Assembly: GCA_964435575.1 (NCBI GenBank) | Contig: CAYSZS010000001.1 | Location: forward strand, 43,206-107,205 | Source of the DNA: an uncultured Gammaproteobacteria bacterium | GTDB taxonomy: Bacteria; Patescibacteriota; Microgenomatia; UBA8517 | Length of the DNA: 64,000 nucleotides | Reading direction: 5' to 3' | Shown here: positions 35,677 to 46,777 of the stretch, in pieces | Layout: every line of letters begins with the position of its first letter | How positions within the stretch are numbered: position 1 is the stretch's first letter | Notes under the pieces: generated by a model | Database searches by the model: none | Told to the model about the DNA's origin: nothing | Seen by the model: the letters and a program-made list of their open reading frames with translations, nothing else | Program-made: the position numbers and the translations under genes

Positions 35677-36894
35677 ATGAAAATACAAAACGGCTACCTC
35701 GATTTATTTAAAGCGGCTATGGCTGACTTTAAAAGGAGTAAAATCAGAACTTTTCTAACTTCACTTGGAATAATGATCGGGGTTTTGTCGGTCGTACTTT
35801 TAATTGCTTTGGGACTTGGACTTAAAAATTATTTGGCACAACAATTCGAGAGCTTGGGAGCCAACTTAATAATTATTTTCCCGGGAAATATCTCGTCAAG
35901 CGAAGAGGGTGGGGGTTTGGGTAATTTCGGAGCCGGTTTTGCCGGAGGAGCAAATTTTGATGAAAAAGACTACACCAACTTAACTCGCATTCAGGAGGCT
36001 GATTATGTAGTTCCTCTTTTTATGAAGAGTAGCGTTATAGAGAGCGAGGGTGAGCGAAAGTTGGGTTATTTGATGGGCAGTAGCGAGGATTCTTTTAAAA
36101 TTTTAAATTTGGAGATTTTGGAAGGTGAATTCTTTACAAAGGGCGATGTTTTGGGAAGGGCAAAAAAAGCGGTTTTGGGAGAATCATTGGCTACCAATCT
36201 TTACGAGGCACCTCAAGATGCAGTTGGAAAAACCATAAGAGTTTCAGACCAAAGGTTTAAAGTAATGGGAGTCTATAAGAAAAAGGGTGACAGAGAGCAG
36301 GATAATGCGGCAGTTGTTCCTTATCGAACTACGTTTGGTACATTAAACCCCGATGAAACTTTTTTTACGATATATTTGGGAACAAGGGATGAGGGAGATA
36401 TTGAAGTTGTAAAAGAGAAGGCTAAGGAGATTCTACTCAAGCGTTATGAGACAGACGATTTCACTGTTACGGAGCAGTCGGAACTTTTATCAACAATTAA
36501 CCAGATATTTAATATTGTAAACGGCGTTTTGATTGCCATTGGTTCAATATCTTTACTGGTTGGAGGAATTGGAATCATGAACATTATGTATGCAACGGTT
36601 ACGGAGCGGACGAAAGAAGTTGGAATAAGGCGCGCGGTTGGGGCAACAGAAAGGGATATATTAAGCCAATTTTTAGCCGAGGCGGTTTTACTTTCAGTTT
36701 TTGGAGGTCTTCTGGGACTTATTCTGGCATCTTTTATTGTTCTTGGAGTCAGGCAGTTTTTCCCGGCGTCCATTAATTTATTAGCAGTTCTTATATCTCT
36801 TTTTGTTTCTTCAGGAATAGGAATATTTTTCGGCGTTTTTCCCGCCCGCCGCGCCGCCAAACTCCCACCTATTGAGGCAATAAGATATGAATAA
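35677..36894 (+). CDS. MacB/FtsX-type ABC permease
   Basis: RTFLTSLGIMIG, GGIGIMNIM..TVTERTKEVGIRRAVGA, PARRAAKLPPIEAIRYE. Confidence 0.93.
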   Translation: MKIQNGYLDLFKAAMADFKRSKIRTFLTSLGIMIGVLSVVLLIALGLGLKNYLAQQFESLGANLIIIFPGNISSSEEGGGLGNFGAGFAGGANFDEKDYTNLTRIQEADYVVPLFMKSSVIESEGERKLGYLMGSSEDSFKILNLEILEGEFFTKGDVLGRAKKAVLGESLATNLYEAPQDAVGKTIRVSDQRFKVMGVYKKKGDREQDNAAVVPYRTTFGTLNPDETFFTIYLGTRDEGDIEVVKEKAKEILLKRYETDDFTVTEQSELLSTINQIFNIVNGVLIAIGSISLLVGGIGIMNIMYATVTERTKEVGIRRAVGATERDILSQFLAEAVLLSVFGGLLGLILASFIVLGVRQFFPASINLLAVLISLFVSSGIGIFFGVFPARRAAKLPPIEAIRYE

Positions 36895-36936
36895 CCCCCT
36901 TGTTTTTCGTTTTCACAATCTGTTACGATTGAGAAG

Positions 36937-38151
36937 ATGGAAAAAATAGTAGTTGTAATGCCGGCTTGGAATGAGGAGGATAACATCAGCAAAATGATTA
37001 GGGAGTTGGTTGATGGTGAATTTCCGAAAATTAATGCCGAGATGCATCTTCTGGTTGTAGATAACCATTCTAAGGACAGAACCGAAGAGATTGTAAAAGA
37101 AGCTTCGAAAACGCGTAATAATGTCCACGTAATCCAGCAGGGTGACAGATCGGGGTTGGGCTGGGCGTATATTAATGGATTTAAGTATGCGATGAAAGAG
37201 TTGGGTGCAGACGCTGTAATGGAAATGGATGCGGATTTTCAGCATCCGCCGAGATTTGTTAAACCGATGGTCGAAGCGTATCTTCAAGGAGCAGATTACG
37301 TTATAGGCTCCCGTTATATTCAGGGCGGTTCAATTCCTAAAGAGTGGGCTTTATTTCGAAAAGCAATAAGTTATTTTGGCAATTTATTTATAAGGATCGT
37401 ACTTCTTAAGCCGAAAATTCATGATTTGACTACGGGTTTCAGATTGACAAGAGTTAAAGGCGTTTTAGAAAATATGGATTTGGATAACTTGATGGAACCT
37501 GGTAGATTTGCACACAAAGTTGACTTACTTTATCAGGCTATTAAAAACTCCAAAAAGACGGTTGAAGTTCCATTGGAGTTTGCTTCAAGAACTCAAGAAA
37601 AATCTAAATTCAATACCAAAGAAATGATCGCGACGTTTAAAGTCGCGATCATTTTAGGAATAAAAGATAAACAAAGGTTTATAAAGTTTGGCACGGTTGG
37701 GTTTGTCGGGTACCTGGTTAATGCGATAGCACTGGAGTTATTTGCGGGCACTAGTGTCACGTTAAGTCTGGCGAATGTTTTTATAGGTTTGAGAAACACA
37801 CCCTTAGCGTTTATAGCCGAATCTTCAGCATGGGCAGCCGCTTTTGCGGCTGAGCTCGCGATTATTAATAATTTTATATTTAACAACATCTGGACATTCA
37901 AAGAAAAGAAAATTACAGGGTTCTTCGCAATAATCAAAAAATTTTTAGCGTTTAACTTATCAACTGTTGGTGCCATAGTCATACAATTTATTGTAATTGG
38001 TATAATGGTTTTAGTTCTTGGAGATACAAGACTAATAAGACAGCTGGGAATTTTGGTAGCAATGCCGTTGGTACTTTCGTACAATTACGTGATGTATAAT
38101 CTCTTCATTTGGAAAACATGGAATTTAGCGAAAATATTCAGGAAGAAGTAG
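36937..38151 (+). CDS. polyprenyl-phosphate glycosyltransferase (DPM1-like GT2) fused to a GtrA-like domain
   Basis: PAWNE, VDNHSKDRT, MDADFQH, GSRY, then a C-terminal RFIKFGTVG...NNIWTF GtrA pattern. Confidence 0.85.
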   Translation: MEKIVVVMPAWNEEDNISKMIRELVDGEFPKINAEMHLLVVDNHSKDRTEEIVKEASKTRNNVHVIQQGDRSGLGWAYINGFKYAMKELGADAVMEMDADFQHPPRFVKPMVEAYLQGADYVIGSRYIQGGSIPKEWALFRKAISYFGNLFIRIVLLKPKIHDLTTGFRLTRVKGVLENMDLDNLMEPGRFAHKVDLLYQAIKNSKKTVEVPLEFASRTQEKSKFNTKEMIATFKVAIILGIKDKQRFIKFGTVGFVGYLVNAIALELFAGTSVTLSLANVFIGLRNTPLAFIAESSAWAAAFAAELAIINNFIFNNIWTFKEKKITGFFAIIKKFLAFNLSTVGAIVIQFIVIGIMVLVLGDTRLIRQLGILVAMPLVLSYNYVMYNLFIWKTWNLAKIFRKK

Positions 38152-38350
38152 TTTGACTATCAAACGCTGGCGAAGATGCTTCATATATAATTTCTGATTG
38201 ACCTAGCGCGTTTCTTGGCGGGCAGTTTGGTTCTGGACATTTTGGTCTTGGGGGAAGATGTAACGTGTTACAGTGTTGACAATTGGTCCCTTCCAAACGC
38301 AATAACGGTCCTTTTAACCTCCACCACCGGGCAGGCGAATATTCAGACAT
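38138..38350 (-). CDS. small zinc-ribbon protein resembling the DUF35 N-terminal domain
   Basis: RLEGTNCQHC....PPRPKCPEPNC. No following OB fold. Confidence 0.5.
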   Translation of the reverse strand: MSEYSPARWWRLKGPLLRLEGTNCQHCNTLHLPPRPKCPEPNCPPRNALGQSEIIYEASSPAFDSQTTSS

Positions 38351-38399
38351 TTAATTATTAGTCGTGAAGCGATTGGAAAACACTCGTTAACAGATTAAC

Positions 38400-39558
38400 T
38401 TATAAAAGCGGTGACCAGTCGGAGATTGGCATTACGTTTTGGGAAATATAAGCAAGAGAAAAAAGATAAATTGGGATTATTAAGATCAACATCACATATT
38501 TGAATTCTTTTTTGATGATTGTATCCGAAAAAGCCATCAATAAAAATGGGACTATCGGAAGGGAATATCGGATAAGATCCCGATGCGAAACGAAAAGAAT
38601 GGACGCAAAGAATAAACCCACAAACCATGCAAGTTCCCGCTCTTTCATTTCGATAAGTTTTATTAGTCCCAGTAGCCCGAAAAGATAGACAAAAATAATT
38701 TCTTCTAACCAGAATGTACCTACCCAAGGTTGACTATAGTCAAAAATTTGAAAAGGGGGAAAGAAAAGGTGGATGTTATCTCCCGAATGGAAATAGGCGA
38801 GAAAGTCATTTAATCTTACTTTATAAAGTATAAAAACACCCAAAAGTGCGAAAGGAATTAGTGTTATAGAGCTAATTTTTTTGAAATCAAAAGATGATGA
38901 AACTTTTGAAATTGTAGAGATTGCTGCAAGCTTGAATTTTGGTAAGAAGATAAATGCCGCATAGGCAAGAACAAGAATTATTGCCGGAGATTTTGTCAGC
39001 TGTGCAACTAGCCCCCAAATCCCAGCTAATAGATACTTTCTTTGTTTAAAGTAGTACATCGAAGCAATTATTCCTGCAAGAAATAAAGGTTCAGATGAGC
39101 CAACGGACCGAACTATTAAAAAACGCGCAGGGAAAACCGCAAAAACAGCAGTTAACCATAAGGTATTCTTTTTTTCGACATAGTCTTGGATGAATAGATA
39201 AAAAAAGTAGATTGCGAGAATGGAGATTGTTACGGTTAGAAATAGCATAGAATAAACATATCCAATAAGTGGTGAAAATAATTTTATTAAAGCTGGAAAT
39301 AGAGGAAAGTGAGCCGCGTAGTATTGGGCAGGAAGTCCAAATTCAAAGTTACCCATAAGCTCAGGATTATAAAAAGTTTTTGCGACGACCAAAAATAAAG
39401 GGCCGTCGTAGTTGGCAACGATTGTTGCCATACCCTCGCGCGGTAATGGAATCCCCAAAACCCTTGGTATTCTCAAAAAGAAAGGAAGCCAAATTAATAA
39501 AGTAGGGATAACCGAGATTAAAGCAATTGCGATAATAGTCTTAATTTTGGATGCCATT
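38400..39558 (-). CDS. GT-C-fold mannosyltransferase-like (PIG-V-like) membrane protein
   Basis: NYDGPLF...Y, AHFPLFP, SEPLF, TK, RY motifs and multiple TM helices. Start taken at ATG 39558. Confidence 0.65.
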
Positions 39559-39644
39559 TGACAAAATGATATAACGTTTAAAGTTCTTAAACAAGATTGA
39601 TAACTCAAATGGATAGTCTATGACCATTGGTGTAGAATTTGATC

Positions 39645-40355
39645 ATGAAATACTTGATTAAAGAAATTTCGGTGTTTTTTCCGACTTATAACTTGGAGTC
39701 TAAAATTGAAAAGACTGTAAGGGATGCTTTTAGAATAGTTCCCAAGCTTGCAGAAAAATACGAAATAATTGTTATTAATGACGGAAGTAGGGATAAAACG
39801 GGTGAAGTTTTAAAAAAGCTTAAGCCTAAGTATAAAAACTTAAGAATAATTACACATCAACTAAATAAAGGTTACGGAGGAGCCCTAAAATCAGGATTTT
39901 ACAGCTCTAAATATTCTTGGATTGCTTTTACCGATGCTGATGGACAGTTTGATATCTCTGAACTTCCAAAGCTAATAAAAAAGCAAAAATCTTCAAGCGC
40001 TGACATTGTCGCCGGTTTTTATTTAAAGAGAGCAGTTTCTTTGTTGCGCAAGCTAAACACATGGTTATGGCAGTTGGTTGTCCGAATACTATTTAGATTA
40101 AAAGTAAAAGACATTGACTGTGGATTTAAATTAATTAGGAAAAAGGTTATCGATACTGTTCCTAAACTTGAATCCGAAAGAGGAGCATTTATATCAAGTG
40201 AATTTTTAATTAAAGCCCAAAAGTACGGTTTTAAAATTGTTGAGATTGGTGTTCATCATTATCCTCATACGGGAGGAAAAGGAACGGGTGCAGATTTGAA
40301 TGTAATAATTAACAGCTTCGTTGATCTTTTTAAATTGTGGCGAAAACTTCGATGA
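39645..40355 (+). CDS. polyprenyl-phosphate GT2 glycosyltransferase
   Basis: PTYN, INDGSRDKT, NKGYGGAL, TDADGQF, DIDCGFK. Confidence 0.88.
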   Translation: MKYLIKEISVFFPTYNLESKIEKTVRDAFRIVPKLAEKYEIIVINDGSRDKTGEVLKKLKPKYKNLRIITHQLNKGYGGALKSGFYSSKYSWIAFTDADGQFDISELPKLIKKQKSSSADIVAGFYLKRAVSLLRKLNTWLWQLVVRILFRLKVKDIDCGFKLIRKKVIDTVPKLESERGAFISSEFLIKAQKYGFKIVEIGVHHYPHTGGKGTGADLNVIINSFVDLFKLWRKLR

Positions 40356-42016
40356 TAGATCTAATTACAAATTACAAATCACAAATTACAAAATGGGTTA
40401 AAGAAAATCGTCTCGAAGCATTTTGGTTGGCAGTAATTCTTATAATTGGGGCATTTTTCAGGCTTTACAGAATTGATGAGTATATGACATTCTTGGGAGA
40501 CGAAGGAAGAGACGCGATTATTGTCCGACGACTTCTTGTCAATTTTGATCCTATTTTAATTGGCCCAGGAACTTCGATCGGAAATATGTATTTAGGGCCA
40601 ATTTATTACTACATGATGGCACCCGCGCTTCTTCTGGCGGGTTTCAATCCCGCTGGACCTAGCGTTATGATTGCGTTATTGGGAGTATTTACAATGTGGT
40701 TTGTTTGGTTTGTAGTTCGAGGTTGGTTTCCCACTTCGCCAAGGTTTCGCGGGACGAGTCCATTTTCGATTAACGTAGCAGCACTTGGTTCAGCTGCCTT
40801 ATATGCTGTTTCCCCCGTAGTAATTAATTTTTCCAAATCTTCCTGGAATCCCAACATCATGCCATTTTTCTCGCTTTTGACTATTTATTCAATTTGGAAA
40901 TGGTGGATGGAAGGCAAATTTAAATGGATAGTAGTCACAGCGGTATCGATTGCATTTGTTTTACAGTCTCACTATTTAGGACTACTATTAGTTCCGGTAG
41001 TTGGACTTTTCTGTTTATTAACTTTTTTAAAAATTAACAGATTACAAATCACTGATCACCGATCATTGAAACGGAATTTTCTCAAATATTCAACATTTGG
41101 AATAGGTGCACTTACTATCCTAATGTTACCTCTTTTAATATTCGACCTTCGTCACAATTTCATGAACTTTAATGCGGTTAAGCAGTTTTTTACCCAAAGA
41201 CAAACAACTGTTTCCGCACTTCCTTGGAAGTCTATTCCAAAATTATCCGAGGTTATGAATGATTCCACTTCCTCGCTTCTGGGAGCAAAAAATGTGGATT
41301 TGACTTGGCTATTCACCTACGGAATTCTATTTTTTACTTTATGGATTTTAATTCGCGAACTTTTCTCAAAAAGAAAAATAAATATTAAAGATAAAAAATA
41401 TTGGAATTATCTTTGGGAAAAAATTGAAAATGCCAATTTATCACCTTATTTTTTACTGATAATCTGGTTATTAACGGCGTATGTCGGCTTAGGTCTTTAT
41501 AAACAACACATATATGATCACTATTATGGATTTTTCTTTACAGCTCCTTTTATATTGGTCGGGGGAATAACGCAATATATTTTGGATAATTTTAAATCGT
41601 ACTGGAAAATTATCATAACAATCTTTTTCATTTATGCAATAACTACCAATTTGGTCGGAAACCCATTAAAATATCCGCCAAATAGGCAAATGCAAAGAGC
41701 AATAGAGGTTGCCGAAAAAATTAAAGGAGAAGCCCGTGGTCAAAAATTTAATTTGGCAGTAATAGCCGAGAGAAATTACGAAGACGGTTACCAATATTTC
41801 TTAGAGAAATGGGGAGAGCCGGTTTACGACATCGACGCTTTAAATTACGAAAAAACTCTTGCTGATAATCTTTTTGTAGTTTGTGAAATGCCAAAGGAAA
41901 AATGTGACCCTGTTCATAATCCGAAAACCGAAGTAGCCAATTTCGGCTGGAGTAAGGTAGAAGGGGAATGGGAAGTCGGCGGAATTACTTTATATAAACT
42001 AATTCACACACAATGA
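40352..42016 (+). CDS. GT-C (GT39/ArnT-like) glycosyltransferase
   Basis: FLGDEGRDA, LGPIYYY, WNPN, QSHY and multiple TM helices. Confidence 0.78.
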   Translation: MIDLITNYKSQITKWVKENRLEAFWLAVILIIGAFFRLYRIDEYMTFLGDEGRDAIIVRRLLVNFDPILIGPGTSIGNMYLGPIYYYMMAPALLLAGFNPAGPSVMIALLGVFTMWFVWFVVRGWFPTSPRFRGTSPFSINVAALGSAALYAVSPVVINFSKSSWNPNIMPFFSLLTIYSIWKWWMEGKFKWIVVTAVSIAFVLQSHYLGLLLVPVVGLFCLLTFLKINRLQITDHRSLKRNFLKYSTFGIGALTILMLPLLIFDLRHNFMNFNAVKQFFTQRQTTVSALPWKSIPKLSEVMNDSTSSLLGAKNVDLTWLFTYGILFFTLWILIRELFSKRKINIKDKKYWNYLWEKIENANLSPYFLLIIWLLTAYVGLGLYKQHIYDHYYGFFFTAPFILVGGITQYILDNFKSYWKIIITIFFIYAITTNLVGNPLKYPPNRQMQRAIEVAEKIKGEARGQKFNLAVIAERNYEDGYQYFLEKWGEPVYDIDALNYEKTLADNLFVVCEMPKEKCDPVHNPKTEVANFGWSKVEGEWEVGGITLYKLIHTQ

Positions 42017-43020
42017 AAAGATATCAAACACTCCATTGTCACACAAAAACATCTGATGGTTTTCTTACGCATAGACAAGTATTAGATATATGTGGAGAAA
42101 ATAATATAGGTGTTGTGGCGTTTACGGATCACGATAGTTTACCGAAAGATAAAGTAATTAAAGAGTTATTAGAAAATAAAAAACATCCAGCGAAGTGGAT
42201 TGTTGGAATAGAAATATCTGCAGATAAGCCAACCGACTTTAAGGATAAATTTAGTCCTCATATAGTGGGTTTATTTGTTGACCCCTTCAATAGAGATTTA
42301 ATTAAGCACTGTGAAATGGCGCAGGAAGCAAGGCGGGAGAGAATGAGTCATATGGTCAAAAAACTTAACGGGTTAGGATTTAATCTAATAGAAGAGGATT
42401 GTTTAAAAGCTTCAAAGGGGGAAGCAGTTGGAAGGCCACATATTGTTCAAGCAATTAAGTCAAAGGAGGAAAATCTTGAACTAATTGAAAAATTAAGAAA
42501 GAAGATGGAACAGGATGCTGATAAAAATGAGGAGTTAAGAATTAAATATGATCTGATGATGCAGAGAGGAGAGAGCCAATATCCTTATGTACTTTTCTTA
42601 AGCGACGACTCTTATATTAAGGGTGTATATGTTGACTATCTTTATCGGATAAATCTGGACGATTGTGTAAAGCTTATCAGAAAGGCGGGTGGTTTGGCTT
42701 TCTTTGCCCACTGGTTTACGGAAATCAGTAAGTGCGATGAAACTTCAATGGAGAAATTATTAAGAGAGGATAGAATTGATGGAGCTGAAACAGTCTATGG
42801 ATTTTATGACGATATAAAAGATGAATTTATGAGACAAAGAGCAATATTGCAAAAAATAATTAATAGATATCATAAACTAGAAAGCGGTGGAGCTGATGCC
42901 CACACGGAGGAACAATTGAAGGATTTTGCCAAAGATAGTTGGTATGCTGGTTTGACGATAGATATGGCGGAAAATATTTTATCAAGCGGGAAAGTTGATG
43001 GAAAGTGGAGCTCGTTGTAA
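42013..43020 (+). CDS. PHP-domain metallophosphoesterase
   Basis: LHCHTKTSDG, TDHD, GIEIS, GRPH, AH, GGADAH. Confidence 0.85.
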   Translation: MKRYQTLHCHTKTSDGFLTHRQVLDICGENNIGVVAFTDHDSLPKDKVIKELLENKKHPAKWIVGIEISADKPTDFKDKFSPHIVGLFVDPFNRDLIKHCEMAQEARRERMSHMVKKLNGLGFNLIEEDCLKASKGEAVGRPHIVQAIKSKEENLELIEKLRKKMEQDADKNEELRIKYDLMMQRGESQYPYVLFLSDDSYIKGVYVDYLYRINLDDCVKLIRKAGGLAFFAHWFTEISKCDETSMEKLLREDRIDGAETVYGFYDDIKDEFMRQRAILQKIINRYHKLESGGADAHTEEQLKDFAKDSWYAGLTIDMAENILSSGKVDGKWSSL

Positions 43021-43089
43021 GTTTTGGTTAGTCTTTCGATATATCTATCAAGAAAGTTCTTCAAGTTGCGAGAAAGTTTGCTAAAGAAA

Positions 43090-43539
43090 ATGCAAAATAA
43101 AAAACAAAAGGAAAAAGATATTCATACACACGTAATTCTAGTCGCAGGATTTGTACAAAAGGGAGATAAATATTTAATTGCGCGACGAAAAAGCGATGAT
43201 CCTCAAGCGGGTGGTAAATGGTCATTACCAGGTGGAAAAGTTGATTTTGATATTGGAGGACAGATAATAGAGAAAACTCTTCAAAGAGAAATTAACGAGG
43301 AAGTTGGGGTTAAAATTACAGGTGAAATTGAATTTCTAGGAAATAATGCTTTTATTCGGTCGAGTGGGCATCATGTGGTAGCCCTTGTTTTTTTATGTTA
43401 TTGGAAAAGTGGCATTGCAAAACCTCTTGAGGGGCATGATAAGATTCTATGGTTAACTTTGGAAGAACTAAGGAATTTCAAAGACGCCGACCCCTTTTTT
43501 ATAGAAACTATTGACTTGCTTGTCAGACATCTTTCCTAA
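43090..43539 (+). CDS. NUDIX hydrolase
   Basis: WSLPGGKV....LQREINEEVG Nudix box. Confidence 0.85.
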   Translation: MQNKKQKEKDIHTHVILVAGFVQKGDKYLIARRKSDDPQAGGKWSLPGGKVDFDIGGQIIEKTLQREINEEVGVKITGEIEFLGNNAFIRSSGHHVVALVFLCYWKSGIAKPLEGHDKILWLTLEELRNFKDADPFFIETIDLLVRHLS

Positions 43540-43656
43540 TTCTTCAATTTAAATTATTTTTCCCAGATTTTGTGGTAACATCTCCAACATTGGCTCTGAA
43601 TTCATTTCAACCGACAATGGATTGTCGGAATCTTGAAATCATAGTAAAATTTGAGT

Positions 43657-45207
43657 GTGAAGACGCTTAAAAAGTTATTTACCGGTTGGTTTACCCACAC
43701 TTTACTTTTTTGGATTCTTGCGTTAGCCTTTTTTGTTCGGGTTTATAGAACCGGAGATTTACTGCAATTTTATTACGATCAGGGGAGAGACGCACTCGTC
43801 ATTTGGGACCTTTGGCATAAGGGGAAATTTTTTTTAATAGGCCCGATTACCGGCCTCAAGGGAATATTTTTGGGACCTTTTTACTATTATTTAATAGCTC
43901 CTTTTTACCTTCTTGGGGGTGGAAATCCGGTTTATCCTGCTGTCTTTTTGGGTAGCTTGGGAACTTTGGCGGTTTTGATGCTTTACGTATTGGGATCCAA
44001 AATGCACTCAAGACTGGCAGGAATAATTGCCGCAACAATTGGAGGCTTTTCTTACTACATTGCAACTTTTAACCGTTGGCTATCAAATCCCAACCCTATT
44101 CTTTTAACAAGCATTATCTTTTTATGGAGTTTGTGGGAAATAGCCATTTCAAGTCACAAGTCACAAGTCACAAGTCACAAGTTTAACTGGTGGTGGATAG
44201 TGGCAGCGTTAATGGTTGGAGTATCTTTACAGTTCGAAAGCGCGAGTGCAATTTTTTATATTCCCCTTTTTATCATTTTTACATTCTGGATAGTATTAAG
44301 AAATGGAATTTATAAGTGGAGGGATAACATACCGAACACAAAAACTGTTCTTTTATGTGTTTTGGCGCTTTTAATTACTCTTTTACCTCAATTAGCATTC
44401 AATATTAAGCATGAAAATATACTTCTGAATAACTTCAGGGAATTATTTTTAGAGGAAAAGGCCTTTCGACCGTTTACGAAATTTATTTTAGAAGAAAGAG
44501 GTAAATATTTTTGGAATGTTTTTTCATCCAAATTTCTTTTTGAAGAAAATATTTTTGCAATTCTTTTTGTAACCATTGCGGGTGCAATTTTTGTCTCCGA
44601 ATATAAGAAATTTAAGAAGACCACCTTGCCGCTTTTTCTGATTTTTCTTGTTACTCCGATGGTTGGATATATTCTTTTTCAGGGTAACTACGGCAATATT
44701 TATGATTACTACATGAGCGGTTACTTTTTGCCTTTTATCCTTTTATTTTCAATTGCAATGGGGGAACTGTGGAATAAAAAACTTGGATTTATATTGGTAA
44801 TATTTTTTTTCATTAAATTTTTCCCTCCGAACTATAAAGCTTTGAGGAATTATCTAACTTCAAGCATTCTAACTCGCCCAATTTCTCTGGAAGAACAGAT
44901 TCCTGTCGTCAATTGGGTATATGATGATGCTGAAGGAAGGGGGCAGTTTAATGTAGACGTTTATGTTCCTCCGGTGATTCCGTATGCCTACGATTATCTT
45001 TTTTTATGGCAAGGCTATAAGCGCTGCGGGGAGAGTATGTGCGGAATGACGAAAGAAAGAGTTCCGCTTCTATACACTTTATACGAGCCTGACGACGACC
45101 ACCCTGAAAGAATTGAGGCCTGGTTTAAAAGACAGGAAGGAATAGGGATTGTTGAACAAGAATTTAAATACGGACGTCTAACGGTCCAAAGAAGGAAAAG
45201 GTTATGA
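43657..45207 (+). CDS. GT-C (GT39/ArnT-like) glycosyltransferase
   Basis: FYYDQGRDA, LGPFYYY, SNPN. Paralogue of the gene at 40352. Confidence 0.78.
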   Translation: MKTLKKLFTGWFTHTLLFWILALAFFVRVYRTGDLLQFYYDQGRDALVIWDLWHKGKFFLIGPITGLKGIFLGPFYYYLIAPFYLLGGGNPVYPAVFLGSLGTLAVLMLYVLGSKMHSRLAGIIAATIGGFSYYIATFNRWLSNPNPILLTSIIFLWSLWEIAISSHKSQVTSHKFNWWWIVAALMVGVSLQFESASAIFYIPLFIIFTFWIVLRNGIYKWRDNIPNTKTVLLCVLALLITLLPQLAFNIKHENILLNNFRELFLEEKAFRPFTKFILEERGKYFWNVFSSKFLFEENIFAILFVTIAGAIFVSEYKKFKKTTLPLFLIFLVTPMVGYILFQGNYGNIYDYYMSGYFLPFILLFSIAMGELWNKKLGFILVIFFFIKFFPPNYKALRNYLTSSILTRPISLEEQIPVVNWVYDDAEGRGQFNVDVYVPPVIPYAYDYLFLWQGYKRCGESMCGMTKERVPLLYTLYEPDDDHPERIEAWFKRQEGIGIVEQEFKYGRLTVQRRKRL

Positions 45208-46697
45208 GATTAAAAATTAAAAATTTACTTTACCAAAATTACTTAATTTTGCTAGCTATCATCTTGGTTGGCCTTTTCTTGAGAACATATCAACTTAGAG
45301 AAAGATTTTTGTACAGCCATGATCAGGATTTGGCCGGTTGGTTTATAAAAGATGTGGTAATTGATAAGCACCTGCGTTTAGTTGGTCAAGAAACTTCTAC
45401 TCAGGGGATATTCATTGGCCCGTTTTTTTATTATTTGCAGATACCTTTTTACCTTTTTTCACATATGGATCCCATCGGAGGAACATATTTAGTAACTTTC
45501 CTTGGTATTTTAACGATGGTAAGTATCTATTTTGTATTCTCACAAATTTTCGATAAAAAGGTTGGTTTGATTGGAGCTTTTATTTATGCCGTTTCTTTCT
45601 ACACGGTAAATAACGATCGTGAAGTTGTGCCCACCATGCCTGTAATTTTATGGAGCGTATGGTTTTTATACGGACTTAGCCTTCTTTTAAAAAACGAGCA
45701 AAAAAAAGCATCTTTAGTTTTTGGAATTCTTATGGGGCTTATTTGGCATATCAACTTTGCACTTATTTTACCGGTTATTTTAATTCCGATAGCATATTAT
45801 TTTTCAAGAAAAAGATTTGAATATAAAAACTTGGCTCCTGGGTTGATTGCATTATTCGTTACTTCGCTACCACTTTTATTATTTGAAGTGCGTCATGGGT
45901 TTCAGCAAACAAAAGCAATGTTTTATTCATTAACTACACCACAATCCGACACGGTTTTTACTGGTTATGAGAAATTCCAAAGGGTATGGTATTTAATGAG
46001 CAAAAATATTCACGGACTTTTTATGGGAACTTTTCCCTGGCTTAGTTTTGAAAGTGTTTCTTTTATCTTTGTAGTCATTTTAATATTTTTAATAGTTAAA
46101 AAAATAATCGATAGGAGGTTGTTATTTTTAGTAGTTATTTGGATTTTGATATATATTTTCTTTTTTTCGTCTTATTCAAAAATCGTATCGGAGTATTACT
46201 TAAACGGAATTACCATTATTTGGATTTTAACTTTTTCGGTGTGTATTTGGCAACTTTTGAAAAGGAGCGATATAAAACATTTTGGCGTTATGATTCTATC
46301 TTTCTTTTTTGTCTTTAACTTAAACAAATTTTTTTCGTATGATATAAATGCAAGTGGTTATGTTCAAAGAAAAGATATTGTTTCAGAAATAAAAAGAAAC
46401 TCGAACGATCGAGGATACCCTTGTGTTTCGGTATCTTACATAACAGATCCGGGTTATAATTTGGGCTACAGATACTTTTTCTGGTTATTAAACGTCAAGA
46501 CTGCCCCAATAGGAAACGATGTACCAGTTTATACAATTGTTTTTCCATTAAAACCTATTTTTGTAACAGACGTTAATAAGGGAGCCATCGGATTAATATA
46601 TCCGAACCATGAAAGTTATGCTAAAGAGAGAATTGAAAAAGGTTGTTCGGGAGAAAATTCAAATTTAACAGATCCCTTGTTCGGATTTACGAGATAA
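45204..46697 (+). CDS. GT-C (GT39/ArnT-like) glycosyltransferase
   Basis: HDQDLAG, IGPFFYYL, LFEVRHGF and multiple TM helices. Confidence 0.75.
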   Translation: MRLKIKNLLYQNYLILLAIILVGLFLRTYQLRERFLYSHDQDLAGWFIKDVVIDKHLRLVGQETSTQGIFIGPFFYYLQIPFYLFSHMDPIGGTYLVTFLGILTMVSIYFVFSQIFDKKVGLIGAFIYAVSFYTVNNDREVVPTMPVILWSVWFLYGLSLLLKNEQKKASLVFGILMGLIWHINFALILPVILIPIAYYFSRKRFEYKNLAPGLIALFVTSLPLLLFEVRHGFQQTKAMFYSLTTPQSDTVFTGYEKFQRVWYLMSKNIHGLFMGTFPWLSFESVSFIFVVILIFLIVKKIIDRRLLFLVVIWILIYIFFFSSYSKIVSEYYLNGITIIWILTFSVCIWQLLKRSDIKHFGVMILSFFFVFNLNKFFSYDINASGYVQRKDIVSEIKRNSNDRGYPCVSVSYITDPGYNLGYRYFFWLLNVKTAPIGNDVPVYTIVFPLKPIFVTDVNKGAIGLIYPNHESYAKERIEKGCSGENSNLTDPLFGFTR

Positions 46698-46777
46698 TAA
46701 GATAAGAACAGCTAAATGGTAATATCGCTGAATAGTTGGTAGTAAAGTAAACGATAAACAAATTCAACTATTTAGCT

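Noticed and set aside
43540-43650. Hairpin CCGACAAT-GG-ATTGTCGG and a ~20-codon minus-strand ORF
   Set aside because: Too short to support a call. It could be a terminator, operator or chance.
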